Below the pieces are notes generated by a model, which saw only the letters and a program-made list of their open reading frames with translations, had not been told where the DNA came from and made no database searches. This document shows, one piece after another, positions 47,774-60,741 of a DNA stretch of 64,000 nucleotides. This stretch comes from Podarcis gaigeae (Eukaryota): NCBI GenBank assembly GCA_964106915.2, contig OZ066920.1; one strand, written 5' to 3'. How positions within the stretch are numbered: position 1 is the first letter of the stretch; the number at the start of each line of letters is the position of its first letter. Position numbers and translations under genes: made by a program.

Positions 47774-48854
47774 TTATCAGCCGTCTTTTGTTGCGCATTA
47801 ATGACGCTCTGCTCCTGATTCTATGGGGCGGCTGCACGGGATCCCCCTCTCAGTGCTATTTGCTCCTGCAAAAGTCTGAGGGGGGGGGTCATACTGCTTC
47901 ATTTCCCACCAGTGCATTTCCTGCAACACTTCCTGCTGTAACATTTCACTCCAAAAGTCCACTTTTGTCTTGCTGTTGACGCGCCGCACCCCACTGCCCC
48001 GCCCCCGGACAGCAATAAGGTGGTAGCATTGCGGAAGCATGGCAGAAAAAACTTCTTTAGCTGCATTGCAGCTATTTGGGCTAGATGAACTGTTGGGTCC
48101 CTTCCAACTCTATGATTCTGTCTAATCAAGCAGAATAAACCCACCATTAAAGGAGGATTATTGAGCCAAGAACACGTTGCAGACAATAAAACAGCAGTTT
48201 GTGGGCCATCTCTCGTATTTTTACTCTCAACAGCTTTTTCAGGGTTGCAGTTCTTTACACTCTTGCCTGGGAGAAAGCCCCACTGAAAATAATGGGATTT
48301 ACTTCTGAGTAAAGAGCGTGCACATCCAACGGAAGCTTGCAGTCTCATGTTCTGTTGCGTTTGGGAGCTAAAGGAGTGGCGGATGCTCTCGTCAGAAAAC
48401 ATATTATTTATTTTAGTCACTCGAGAAGTTTTCTTTTTAGTGACACGCAAGTTGACCCGTTTTATCTTGACAACCTTTCAGTTCGACAAAGTGCAACTTT
48501 GCTCGCCAGAAAGTTGCGGAGACTTTTTAAAGGCGTTCCCTGGGCTCAGCAATTGTAGGGATTTCTTCACGCAATTGAAGTGAAGCAGTGGAGAAGGAGG
48601 AGCGGGAGGAAGCCGCTGGATTTCCCTGAGGGATCGCCTCTCCCCACTCGACCACCTGGATCTGCAGAAGGGCCACTATTAGAGGCGCCACATAAAGGCT
48701 ACTCAGACCACACTTGGAAGAAAGCGTGCTTTTGGTGTGGGAGCACCCAAACATTGGAACTCCCTGCCTGTTGACACCAGGCCGGCGCCTTCCCTCGGCA
48801 CTTCCGGGTACCTGCTTCAAACATTTTCATTTAGGCAAGCCTACCAGGGCGCAA

Positions 48855-48928
48855 TAAAGCGAGATGAGCGCCGCAACCCCACAGTCGGCCACGACTGGAC
48901 CTAATGGTCAGGGGTCCCTTTACCTTTT
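48855..48928 (+). mobile_element. Sauria SINE 3' fragment
   Basis: SINE 3' end with an accttt tail. 13-bp TSD taccagggcgcaa. Confidence 0.85.
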
Positions 48929-51900
48929 TACCAGGGCGCAACACGTAGACGTGCTTTAATCTCCCCCCCCCCCGTTAATTTGAATTGTCATTAATGCTTT
49001 CAATTACGTTAAAATTGCTTTTATTGATTATTTTAATGTAAACCCCTTGAAGGTTTTACTAAAATCAAGCTCTGTATACATGTTATTAAAATTAAAAAAT
49101 GAAGCCCTGCTAAATGGCTGGAAAGGAGACTGTTTATCTTTAAACGCAGTGTTATGCGCACTTACTAGGGAGCCAGTCCCATTATAGTCCAGGGAGTAAA
49201 CAAATAGGTTCGAACTGGCTGTGGCCAGTTTCTCGTATGATCGTCCCCATTTAATACAATGGGAAAACAGTGCCAGTTGGACCTATCTAGCGCTGGGTGA
49301 GCCATTCATCTCCGTAAATGGTTGGACTCCAGCTTCCGCTTCCGGCAGCCTGCATGTCCAGTGGTCAGGGATGATGGTAGTCGCCATCCTTCAACATCTG
49401 GAAGGCCAGGTGTCTCGCTTCGCCAGGTAATGGCCTGCTGTCCTTCACTCGTGTGCAGTGCAGCGCCGTCCCAAGCCCAGAAGCCCAGGGAATTCCGTAG
49501 CAACGTTTGATCGCAGCAGCCTTGACTGCCACCTCGATCGTTTTAATCTGATTTTGTAAAGCGGTCTAAACTCCCAGCCTCTCCATCTTTCTCAACCGCG
49601 CATTGGTATTTGGCAAAACACTATACGGGTTGTATACATTGCTAAGTCCAATCAGAGTAGACACATTGATATTAATGAACCCAAGCTAGTCACGTCCATT
49701 AACTTCGATTTGTCTACTCCAAGAGTGAATGCAACCCTGTTGCGGGTTGTGGTTTGAAAAATCCCAATTCTGCGTTTCTTCCTTAATTTCTTCTTGTGGC
49801 ATATATATTTTCGGTCGTGGAAGATTCGAGTGCTGAAACGGTCCGAAACGGGAATAGTTTGATTATACACACACCCCTTCGATTACACCTGGCTGGTTAA
49901 CTGAGTTTAAATTCTGGTTTTCCACGAAGACACTGGCTTGCTGATTAGGCTGTTCGGGCTAAATCTATCAAGGCTTGAAGGATTACTTGGATTGATGTTC
50001 CCTAACAGCAGTCTATGCCAGCCTCCCCAACCTGTTGCATTGCACTCCAGTTCCCATCAGCCCCGGCCAGTACAGCAGATGGTCAGGAATGATGGGAGTT
50101 GTAGTTTAAGCGCATCCAGCAGAATCGGCGAATGCTGGTGTATTTAATGCAGTTAAGAGTGGGGCTCCTGTTGTATGACATGGCCTTGGTTGGACTACAT
50201 ATCCCATCATCCTTGTCTGTTGGTGTTCCTTTCAGCTGAGGCTGATGGGAATTGGAGCCCAACAACTACTGGAGAGTCCCCATTCCGGGTGTCAAGGCTT
50301 CACAGCAGCCTCCAACCTAGTTTGGGCAACCACTTGAAACATCCGGAGGGGCCACCAAGTTGGAGAAGGTGGAGACTTCGGTTAGGAGAGCGAGGCGCCC
50401 TCCCTTTTCGACGAGCGCTTTCCAAGACGGTTAAGTGACCGGAGCGCACCATTAATTAAAACCCGTCCTGGAGTAATATATATTATACAACTCTCCTTCG
50501 GGTGGAAAACAATGCCACCCAAGGCGAAAAGGCCCGTTTCGCTCTGCCTCAGACGGGCCGAGGCGCAAGACGAGGCTGTCACGGCTGTTACTGTGCAGGC
50601 TGCGGGTGTTTCTTGACCAGCCACCAGGAGGGTCCTCGACGGGGGCTTTCAGCCGCCAATGAAGAGCGGGGCTTCCATGGGCCTCCCAAACAGCTAGGGT
50701 GCTTTCCTCGCTCCTTGCGCTTCAGCCTAGCTTGGGGACAGACGGGAGGAACGGGGCAGTCGTCCGAATCTTCTGGTAAAGAGAAAAAGATAAAGCCTTG
50801 AGGACTAGCGCCTTGGCGTGCCATCTCCAGGGAATACTGGTGGCTTGCACGAATCTCGGCGAAAAGACGAGGGGGGCGGAGAGACGAGCCGCTTCACACC
50901 AGATGCATCTCAGTGCACGCCTTTCGATTTTGTTTTATTTTCTTTTTAAAGAAAAACCTCCTTTCGAGGGCGAGAAATCACCTGACACGCCAAGGAGGAG
51001 GCGGTGAGGCAGGAGGGAATCGGGGAGGGGCAACCGGAACGGAAAGAGGTAGCAAGCTTAAAATGTTTAACCTGATTTAATTGTAGGGCTTCTAACCATG
51101 CAGCCAGAAGTCTGCTTACTCACAAAGAAGTCCCACGAGGCTTCCTCGACGACTGCAGCTCAAAGACAGCAGCCTCGCGGGCCAATGCTGCCCGCCCATA
51201 TCTCCACTAGTAAAAGGAGGCGCCGTTTTTGTTAGACTGAGAATCCAGGGAGCTATCTAGAATTACCCCGAGGGACTTTTTCCTAGGAAGGGTCAAGATC
51301 CTCCGGGAGCTAGAAATTTGCCCCAAGCTGCTCACCTCATAGTGGTAGATTCCGGGAACTTTGATTGAAATGAATGATGCATAGAAAGAGCCCACTCAAT
51401 TATAAGCCGCGCAACCCTATCCTAAGCACGTTCACTCAGAAGTAAGCCCAGCCAAAGACTACGTGACTTACTCTCTCGTAAAACTGCGGTCCTAGGATCC
51501 TGAAATCTACTGGCTGCAGTGGGATTTTCCTCTGATCAGAAGAGGTTAGGCTTACACGGTGTAGAAGCGCGTGTGTAGTCTTCTCTACAAACAAACGCGA
51601 AGGGAATTGGTTCAGAGCGTAAGTGCTTTGAAGCCGCAGCATCGCGTGTTTTTTTGGTTTTAAATCGTTTTTTGAAAGAGTACTTGGTTGAAACGCAGCA
51701 AGCGAGCTGACGGTCGCTTAGAATTCCGATCCCTTCCTGCTTAATTCCCAAAGGATGGCTCGCAGCTTTACATTCATTTCTTTGAAGCACGCTTACTTGG
51801 GAAGCAAGTTCTCTTGCAGCCGCCAAGCTATCTGAGCGCAGAAATGGTGGGCGCGATCCTACGCACGCTTAGGAAGGAGCCTTAGGCAGATGTAAAAAGC

Positions 51901-53149
51901 GCTGCTGAGTCTCTGAGAAACCTGGATAGGGATGGACAAGAAACTTTTTCTGGAATTGCTTCCGAGTAGATCTGCTGCAAATCCTCCCTCCCTTCAGACG
52001 ACACGCCTTTATGAACCCAACAGAAGGAACTGCTGAACAAATTCGATGAGGTCTGGAGCGTCCAAAATAGTTGAACCCAGAGGGGGAAGGGATGCAGAGA
52101 GAGAATATAACTCGGACATCGTTGCCCAATGCAAGCGAGACTTTAGGAAAAATAAATTGCGCCGAGAATCCAATGCAAGCCCGTGTTCCGCCCTTCTCTC
52201 GGATTGTTGCATTCCTTGATCAGTCCTCACTCGGTTGTTTTGGGGTCCCCTTCTGGGCCCCTCCATCGCTCTCCTATATATATATATATATATATTTCTG
52301 CGAAGCGTTGGACTCGTTGACCCTGCTGAAAGCTCCTGTGTGCGGAGACGGTGCCGTTTGGGCTCCATAAATCAGCGGCACTCACAGCCTGAACATGTGG
52401 GAAAGAGAGGGAATAATGAAACAGGCTAAATAGGAATCCACCCAAGAAATCTCCTATGTTTCGGGCCGCCGCCCTTGAGTTACTTCCTTGCGTAAATCAA
52501 GCCGACTGAAATCAGTGGGACGTAATTCAGCCTGAAAACCCCCAAGGAATCAATGAGTCTGGATCCCGCCCCCCTCTTTTATTAGGGCGGACGGGGATCG
52601 TATTACAGGTCAGGACGGAGCTCTAGTTCCGTTTAGGAGTAACCGCAGCGAGCCGGGGAGAGGGCGGAGGGTTACCCCACCCTTTCCTGAAAGAAGCAAC
52701 TTTTCCTTTCTAGAAACGCCCCCGTTTCCAGTTTAATTTAAGGCGCCGGAATCTCGGGGAGCTGAAGAGGCGCGACTCCGGCGTTTGCTGCAGCGCCGAT
52801 CCTAAGCGGGGAAGAGAGAGACCCGTTCCCTTGGGTAGGGCTTTCTGCCTAGGTGAGTGAGTTGGTTTGCGGCTGCAACCTCAGATTAGCTGGTTTGGAA
52901 ATTGCTGGGTAAGGATCGCATGGTTTTCACTTCAAAGCAGAGATTCCCTCGGTTGAGGGTTGGAGTGTGTGGACCCACATTTGTTCCTGAAGTTTCAAAC
53001 ACCTCTTCCTCTTTCTTCTTCCCCGTATCTGATTGTCAATAAACCAACAGGCAGAGAAGATTTTGCTCATTCTTCTTATTTTTTAAAAATCGTTCTTATG
53101 GCGCTTTGCAGCGCATCTTACATAAGTCTTGGCTCAAATGTGGATCCGT

Positions 53150-53267
53150 CCTGGGATAGCTCAGTTGGTAGAGCATGGGACTCAGTCTCAGGACTGTGGG
53201 TTCAAGCCTCACATTGGGTGAAATATTGGACTACGTGACCTTTGAAGTCCCAGCTCTGGTTCTATGA
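53150..53267 (+). mobile_element. tRNA-Lys(CTT)-derived SINE (not a functional tRNA)
   Basis: gatagctcagttggtagagcatgggactc-agtctcagg...gggttcaagcctcacattggg. The anticodon loop is deleted and a CR1-like ttctatga tail follows. Confidence 0.65.
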
Positions 53268-54288
53268 AAAGGGAACGGAACTGTGTTGGCTTGTTCGTCT
53301 CTGAAGCAACTCCTCCGCTATGCGCTTTGAAATGGCTACGTCGGTTCTGGCATTCGCTACGGCCGTGTTTATTTTTCTAAAATGTATTTATTTATCTTTT
53401 TAATTGCTTTCTGAACCCTTGATGTGCCTGAGGTGAGGTGTGGCCTTTGAAATCTTCTCTCACTTTAATGAAGCACTTTCTTGACCGTCCACTGAGGAAG
53501 GGATTAATTCGGATTGAGGGGTTACCAAACCAAGCCAGCCAGAAGTCAAAACGGCTAGTTTCCACAGAGGCTGAAACGAGACTTCTAACTAAACTGGAGG
53601 ATGTGGGAGGACAGACCCCACCATCATTTGCATCTCATCGTGTGTATGTGAATATATATTAATTTTGGACTTTCCTTTTGCAGATTTGATGTGTTGGGTG
53701 TTGGGATTTTCTTTGGTTAGGCTTGAAATGATAGATAAATCCTGTCGCCTTGTTTTAATGGGAACAAACAACAGCAGAAAACAAAGGCCTTCGCGTCTGA
53801 ATAAATCGAAACGCGCCTTGCCGTCTGGGTCCTAATTCTGTGCAAATTCCCTTGGACTTTTATGGCATTTATTCCCAAGAAAGCGACCCCATTTTTATTC
53901 TAGGGGTTTGCGGATTATCGACTAATTTAACCGGCCAATCGATAAACGCATTAGAAAATGGTGCGCCTGCAGCCCAGTTCCTCACCTCCGGTTAGTGCCA
54001 ATTCAACAGAGGCGCCAAAGCGAATCTGGAGGGCGCTTGACTCGGAGGGAGCGTGTGTACGATTGTGCCCACCTTCCGGAGACTGGAAATTTGAATTCTT
54101 CTCCCTTGCTCCTGGGCCCTGGATTACTCCCACTTTCATTGATGGGGTTTAGGGAACGTTTGCTGAACTCAGTCAGTGGCCCCGGGGCTCTTCCCAATCC
54201 TCGTCTGAGCGGCTTTGCTACGGAGAGGGTTAACCCAAGTAAATCTCGGATTACAGCCAGATTCTCTGCTAGCATATAGCAGATAGGC

Positions 54289-54328
<40 letters not shown>

Positions 54329-54925
54329 TCTCCTCGTATTTAAACCCCACAACAACCCTGTGAGGTAGGTGAAGGAAAAGGCAGATGCTTTATGCAGAGT
54401 CTGACCACTGGTCGAGGTAGCTCAATACCGTCTACACTGACTGGCAGCTGCTCTCCAGGGTTTCAGACAGGGAGTCTCTCCCAGCCCTACCTGGAATGAT
54501 TGAACCTGGGACCTCCGAGCGCCAGCAGAGCGATTATTGCATCATCCCGGTATCCAGCAAGGCGATTATTACGTAATCGCCTTGATTCAACCGGCGGATT
54601 GCGTTTGTTATTAGCAACGATAAACTTCCCCTCACGCCCCCGCAAAGGCAGCTGAGCTTCCCTACCTCGTTTTGAAGTGAAGCTATGCTCATTAAGATCA
54701 AATGGCAGCGGGTGGAGGAGCGTGGCTATGATAAACTGAGATTAGAGTCTAAAGTGACCTAACCAGCCCCATTGCCCGGGAGGCAACACCACGCCGCTCC
54801 TTCTCCTGTCTGACGACTGCACCGACAACCATTTCCCTCCGCATCCACCATGCATCTGTCCCCAGACAGGGACAGGGGTCCCCAGATAGGGGTGGGAATA
54901 TCTCTTGTCTTAAAAGCCTGGAGGG

Positions 54926-55099
54926 CAGGTAAACGGTGTTTCCGTGCGCTGCTTTGGTTCACCAGAAGCGGCTTTGTTATGCTGGCCACGTGATCCGGAA
55001 GCTGTACGCTGGCTCCCTCGGCCAATAAAGCGAGATGAGCATCGCAACTCCAGAGTCGGTCACAACTGGACCTAATGGTCAGGGGTTCCTTTACCTTTA
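54926..55099 (+). mobile_element. Sauria SINE, 5'-truncated
   Basis: aggtaaacggtgtttccgtgcgctgc...ggacctaatggtcagggg...tttaccttta. Confidence 0.85.
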
Positions 55100-56086
55100 T
55101 CTTGCTACCACCGTCACACACAAGTCCCTTGAGGTTGGTATGTGAGCTGAGGGGAAAGCAGAAGTGGAGAGAGGTAGAGTGCTGTGTTAAGTGTGTGCGA
55201 TTGTATGCCTACCTGTGTGAGTGCAACATGCGTGTTGGGTGTGGATGGATGAAGCAACACACCCACCCACCAGTACTGAACAAGAACAAATGAGTTCCAA
55301 GGTAGGGATGGAGAACCTGTGGTGCTCCAGGTGGTTGTTTTTTTGGACTCTTACCTGCCCCAGCCCAGCATGGCCACTGGTCGCAGATGATGCTGGAGGA
55401 CCACCATCCCTGTCCTAAGCACTTTGCCTTGCTATCAAATCCACTCTTTACTAAGAGTCAAACTTGCAATTGTGTTTATTCGAAAGTAGTTCCCATTGAA
55501 CATTTCCCCAAGCCAAGGGGACTTTCTAAGCATTCATCCCCACCTATTCTGCATATTCCTTCATGCCCCTGCTGGCATCTTCAACTCTATTCCCATTCCT
55601 CCTCCTGCCTCCTTTTTTGCAACCCCCTTTGCACTCCCATTTCCACCTTCACAAACTTTTCTCACCCTCCCTCTTTTCTCAGCACCCCCTTGCACACAGA
55701 TCACCCCCATTTACCATGTCTTATTCTCTCTCCTATTGCATAGCCAGCCTTTGCACATATATACCATATTACTATTACTGTATCTTAAAAACCCCCCAAT
55801 AAAAATACATACCACATTATCACCTTCACCCTCTTTTCCTTGCCTCCTCATTCCTCCATTTCTCAACTCTCCCTTACAGACAGACCCCTCCTTTTTCATG
55901 CTTCCTGCTCTTTCCAGCCCCCCACTTTGCACGTACACCCACAACCATGGTGATACATGTTACTGTAGCTTTAAGATGAATAGAATTGCATCAGCCTCCT
56001 TTTTCAGTTACAGAAGGTTCAGTGGATGGTATATGGGTGTTTGCAAAATATCTCTTCTAAATTTGTGACATATTGAACTTCATGGT

Positions 56087-56500
56087 TGTTGTTGTTGTTT
56101 AGTTGTTTAGTCGTGTCTGACTCTTCGTGACCCCATGGACCAGAGCACGCCAGGCACTCCTGTCTTCCACTGCCTCCCGCAGTTTGGTCAAACTCATGTT
56201 CGAAGCTTCGAGAACACTGTCCAACCATCTCATCCTCTGTCGTCTCCTTCTCCTTGTGCCCTCCATCTTTCCCAACACCAGGGTCTTTTCCAGGGAGTCT
56301 TCTCTTCTCATGAGGTGGCCAAAGTAGTGGAGCCTCAGCTTCACGATCTGTCCTTCCAGTGAGCACTCAGGGCTGATTTCCTTCAGAATGGATAGGTTTG
56401 ATCTTCTTGCAGTCCTTGGGACTCTCAAGAGTCTCCTCCAGCACCATAATTCAAAAGCGTCAATTCTTCGGCGATCAGCCTTCTTTATGGTCCAGCTCTC
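56087..56500 (-). mobile_element. BovB (RTE) LINE 3' fragment
   Basis: ORF 56099..56428 reads RVP.TARRSN.SILKEISPECSLEG...YFGHLMRREDSLEKTL.LGK.EG.RRR.RQRMRWLD. (CAA)n tail and 10-bp TSD acttcatggt. Confidence 0.92.
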
Positions 56501-57705
56501 ACTTCATGGTATCAGGAGTGAAATACCTTGTGGGGCAGAGCTATGGAATATTTGAGGGCTCAGCACCCTCTGTTTCTCACATACTACACAGCTGAAGAAT
56601 AGAAGAGAGGCAAGGTATTTGCAAGGTATTTATATCTATTTCTATCCAAACCCCACTCTCTCCCTGCCACCCTTTCAGTGGTGTAGTGTGGGTTGCTGGT
56701 GGCCAGAACAGGGCAAGTGTTGCACTGGTGGATTGGTCAACTGGGCATGGAGCCTATGAGGCACATGGCTGCCGGTGGTCGCGCGCCTTCTCAGCTTGAC
56801 AGCTCCGCCTCCCAGCTTGGCCAGCCATGTGGGCATTGTGCCAAGCAGTGCTCCTCTCAGAATTTTGTGCTGGGGCCAAAAGGTTTGGGGTGAATAGCCT
56901 CCAGCAGAGGCTATTCTCCTGGGCATGTGCTTCATGCAAACAATTCTAAGTATGGACCCAAAATGTTCAAGTGTTTGTTCTCTTTGCTAAAAGTATCTTT
57001 TTCTTATGCTAAGTCTTCTGACCACTGAGCAATGCAGTGAGGTATACTTTCTTTCCAGTGTTGCAACACCAGACTTTTTGGCCACCAACAAGGCACACCT
57101 GGCCCAAGTACATTTGACCCTCTGGTCAAGGCTTGTGGTAATAGAATATGACTTAGTGTGAGCATCCAATAATTTTATGGATTTCTCAGGACTAAGATGA
57201 TATGGATGACGACTTCCATCCAGAACGCTGCTACGATCCTCTCCCTTAGAATAATACAACTGAACACCACTGGCCTGAAACCGTGTCCAAGTTACTCAGT
57301 AGTAAGGGCCACTGAACTCGGTTGGACACACTGCTGAGTAAATATGCACCAGGCCAGGCATGTAAAGCTAGAATAGGTGAATATGCTTTGAATCTACGCT
57401 GCTGCAAATCTTTTTGTTATCCTACGTTAAGGGTGGGGAACCTCAGGTCTAGGGCCTCCCAGACCTCAGGAGCTAGGATACTCTCCAAGCTATGCCCATC
57501 GCTGGGACACCCTCCTTTCCCCAGGTCACGTCCCTAACTAATTGTATGGTGATCCCTCCTTCAGTGCTTTTTGCCTGATGGGAGTGTGTCCTTGAACTGT
57601 GGATCATGCCTTTTGCTTTCCTGGTTGTGGAAAAGAGACACAGAGAGGGTGCAGAAACCTCTGACCTGTAGGTTAGGGTGGAATGTAGCCCTCGCAAAGG
57701 AAAGA

Positions 57706-57944
57706 GCAAACTTTTTCAGCAGGGGGCTGGTCTACTGTCCCTCAGACCTTGTGGGGGGCTGGGCTATTTTTTTGGGGGGGGTGAACGAATTCCTATGCCC
57801 CACAAATAACCCAGAGATGCATTTTAAATAAAAGGACACCTTCTACTCATGTAAAAACATGCTGATTCCCGGACCATTCGTGGACCAGATTGAGAAGGCA
57901 ATTGGGCCGCATCCGGCCCACGGGCCTTAGTTTGCCTACCTATG
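57706..57944 (+). mobile_element. hAT MITE (same family as 8818-9125), left TIR clipped
   Basis: gcaaactttttcagcagggggctgg...gaattcctatgccccacaaataacccagagatgc...tttgcctacctatg. Confidence 0.8.
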
Positions 57945-59424
57945 GGAAAGAGTCACCTCTGTAGCTCCTCCCACTTTTTGCCTCTAGCCCTGCCTACCAC
58001 TGGGACGTGTTCCCCGAAGGCTGCCTATGAGGAAATGTGGCCCTTGGTCTGGAAAAGGTTCCCCTATTCCTCTGCTATGCAATCCCAAACAACGTGTCAG
58101 CTCCTGCCTATGGGTGAAATGCATAGCTCAAAGGAGCGCAGGAACCCTGAGCCAATTTTAGCTGGAAGGGTTATGGCACTCTCTTTTGGGGTGGGGGCGC
58201 CAATGTGAAATTGATTCTTCCTGTCACGGGCAAGTTGGAAGGTCTTGATTCCCATCCATCACCCTCCTGCGCCTCCCCTCCGCCCCACCCGTCTTCCCAA
58301 GACCTTTTAACCAAGTCCTTTAGCTTGTAAAAACACACTGATTAGGAATACTAGTAGTGACCTTCGCGATCAATAAATAACCGGGTCTCTTGCAAGCCCT
58401 TTCAGCCTCCCTTTCCCAGCTTGAGCTGCAGTGCAGAGCTCACGAGAGCAGGCTCTGTGTGGTGACACTTTTACTGTTGAAATATATACTGATTTTTATT
58501 AGCTCTTGGGGGAAACCCAGAGGCTGGGGGAATTTTTTTGTATTTGCTGGCCTGTAAACCTTTTTTATTGGAAAGCAGCTAAGGTGGGGGGGGGGGAGAG
58601 GTTTGAATCTGGTTTGCTTTTCACAGCCTACACTTTGTACACAATATGTGTCAAAAAAAAAGAAATCCAGGTTTGTCTCAGGGTGGATGTAATCCACGTG
58701 AGCACACATATAAGCAGGTTTTAGAAAAACAAAAGAAATGTGATTTTAAAATATACACAGTATAAAACAAAGGAAGAGGGCTTTGTGGTAGAGCATCTAT
58801 TTTGCATGCAGAAGATCCCAGGTTCTTAAGAGAGCAAGGCAACAACAGAGAGCAGATCCCCAGCACTACAGATCTACTCTCAATACTCCTGGTTTTGTTT
58901 TAGGGGAACAGCAGGGGATCCACTAGCAGCTACTGCAGCCCACCCAGTCTCTCTGCCCTGGGGGATCCTGTTAGCCTGGACCTTTGAGAGAAAGATATGT
59001 AGGGACCTTCTACACAGCAATTGCAATAAATGCTCAGGCCAAGTTTTTCTGCAGCATCCACAGGACACTGTCCTCATCAAATACCTCCTGCATTCCCATC
59101 CTCCCTAATCCAGAGTAGACAATTTTTTCCATGGAAATGGTAAATTGGGATGAAGTGGGGAAATAATACAGGGCAGCATTTTGACGAGGATGGCAATATA
59201 TGGATGTCGCAGAAAGCTTGTATCCACAAGCAGCAACCACAATAACTGGCCGTCAGGACTCACCAAAGCACTGTGATTCGAAATGCAAGGAAAGCCACTT
59301 AAGAGCTTCCCTAACACCTTGAAATGTCAAGAGGCAACAGAAATTGCCTTCCGAAAAAGTGGAGCTAGACCTCCTCTTTGGGCTATACAGATAAATGCCA
59401 TCTACAGTTGCGTTAACTGATGCG

Positions 59425-59541
59425 CAGCCTATCTCAGTTGGTAGAGTGTGAGGCTCTTTAAGCTCTGGGTTGTGGGTTCAAGTCCCAGGTTGCATTGACT
59501 AGATGACCCTCTTGGTCCCTTCCAATTCTACAACTCCATGG
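59425..59541 (+). mobile_element. tRNA-Lys-derived SINE with CR1 tail
   Basis: ctcagttggtagagtgtgaggctcttt...gggttcaagtccc...gactagatgaccct...ccttccaattcta. Confidence 0.6.
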
Positions 59542-59797
59542 TTTGAGTGGCAGTCCATTGCGTCGCCCTCCCACCACCCCCCCTTAGGAAAGAAGTCCCC
59601 TGGATTCCATTAGGGACCTGTAGGCGTCTTTTAGCAGCGTGCAGAGGAGCAAGTCCGCGCTCCCCTTTCTCTCTCGTGCCAAGCCAGGCTGCTGGAAGAG
59701 GTCAATTCTACCTGGGCAAGGGCCGCCTCCTCCCTACCCCGCGCACGTTCCCGCTTCAGAGGTGAAACTGACTGCAATTATGCGTTTTATCTTGCAG

Positions 59798-60741
59798 ACG
59801 ATCTTTCGCCCAGCGCTTTAAGGAGACAGAAGTATTTGTTTGATGTATCGACTCTCTCCGACAAAGAGGAGCTGGTGGGAGCGGAGCTGCGGCTCTTTCG
59901 CAAAGCCGCTGGCGATCATTCCTCCAAGGCGCAGACAGGCCTGGCCCATGTGCAGGTCTCGCCCTGCCTGTCGGGCCGCCTCCTGGACTCCAGGACTTGG
60001 AGCCTGCACGAGGCGGCGTCGGCCCAGGCCGGGGGCGGCTGGGTGGTGTTTGATGTGTGGCAGGCGCTGCAGCCTCACCAGCCCTGGAAAAAGCAGCAGC
60101 CGCCGCCGCAGCAACTGTGCCTTGAGGTGCGCGCCGTCGCGGGGACTCGAACTCATGCCCAGCAGCCCCTGCTGGACCTGCGCGATCTGGGTCTGGGGCG
60201 AGGCGCTCGGGCGCAGCAGGAGAAGGCTCTGCTGGTGGTTTTCACCAAGTCCCGTCGGAAGAACCTCTTCTCCGAGCTGCGCCACGAAAGGGGAGCCCAG
60301 CAGCAGAGCGCGCACGCGCCTCCCCAGGAATCGACGGCCGCCGCGCAGTTGCGCTTGCAGAGCCGTCGGATGAGGCGCACGGCTTTCCACAACCGCCACG
60401 GCAAGCGGCACGGCAAGAAAGCGCGGCTGCGGTGCAGCAAAAAGGCCCTGCACGTGAACTTCAAGGAGCTGGGCTGGGACGACTGGATTATCGCCCCTCT
60501 AGAGTACGAGGCGTACCACTGCGAGGGCGTGTGCGACTTCCCGCTGCGCTCGCACCTGGAGCCCACGAACCACGCCATCATCCAGACCCTCATGAACTCC
60601 ATGGACCCGGGCTCGACGCCGCCCAGCTGCTGCGTGCCCACCAAACTGACGCCCATCAGCATCCTGTACACGGACGCGGGCAACAACGTCGTCTACAAGC
60701 AGTACGAGGATATGGTCGTCGAGTCCTGCGGGTGCAGGTAG
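59798..60741 (+). CDS. GDF6: GDF6 coding exon 2 (prodomain, RXXR furin site, mature TGF-beta/BMP cystine-knot domain)
   Basis: ttgcag acceptor, in phase with exon 1 (343+944 = 1287 nt, 428 aa). Translation includes RRMRR|TAF...[70 protein letters not shown]...VESCGCR*. Syntenic with UQCRB and MTERF3. Confidence 0.97.

Noticed and set aside
53150-53222. Possible tRNA-Lys gene
   Set aside because: The anticodon arm is deleted, the acceptor stem is broken and a CR1-like tail follows, so it is a SINE.
55496-56068. 190-aa ORF in a pyrimidine-rich tract
   Set aside because: Low-complexity, strand-biased intronic sequence with no recognisable domain.
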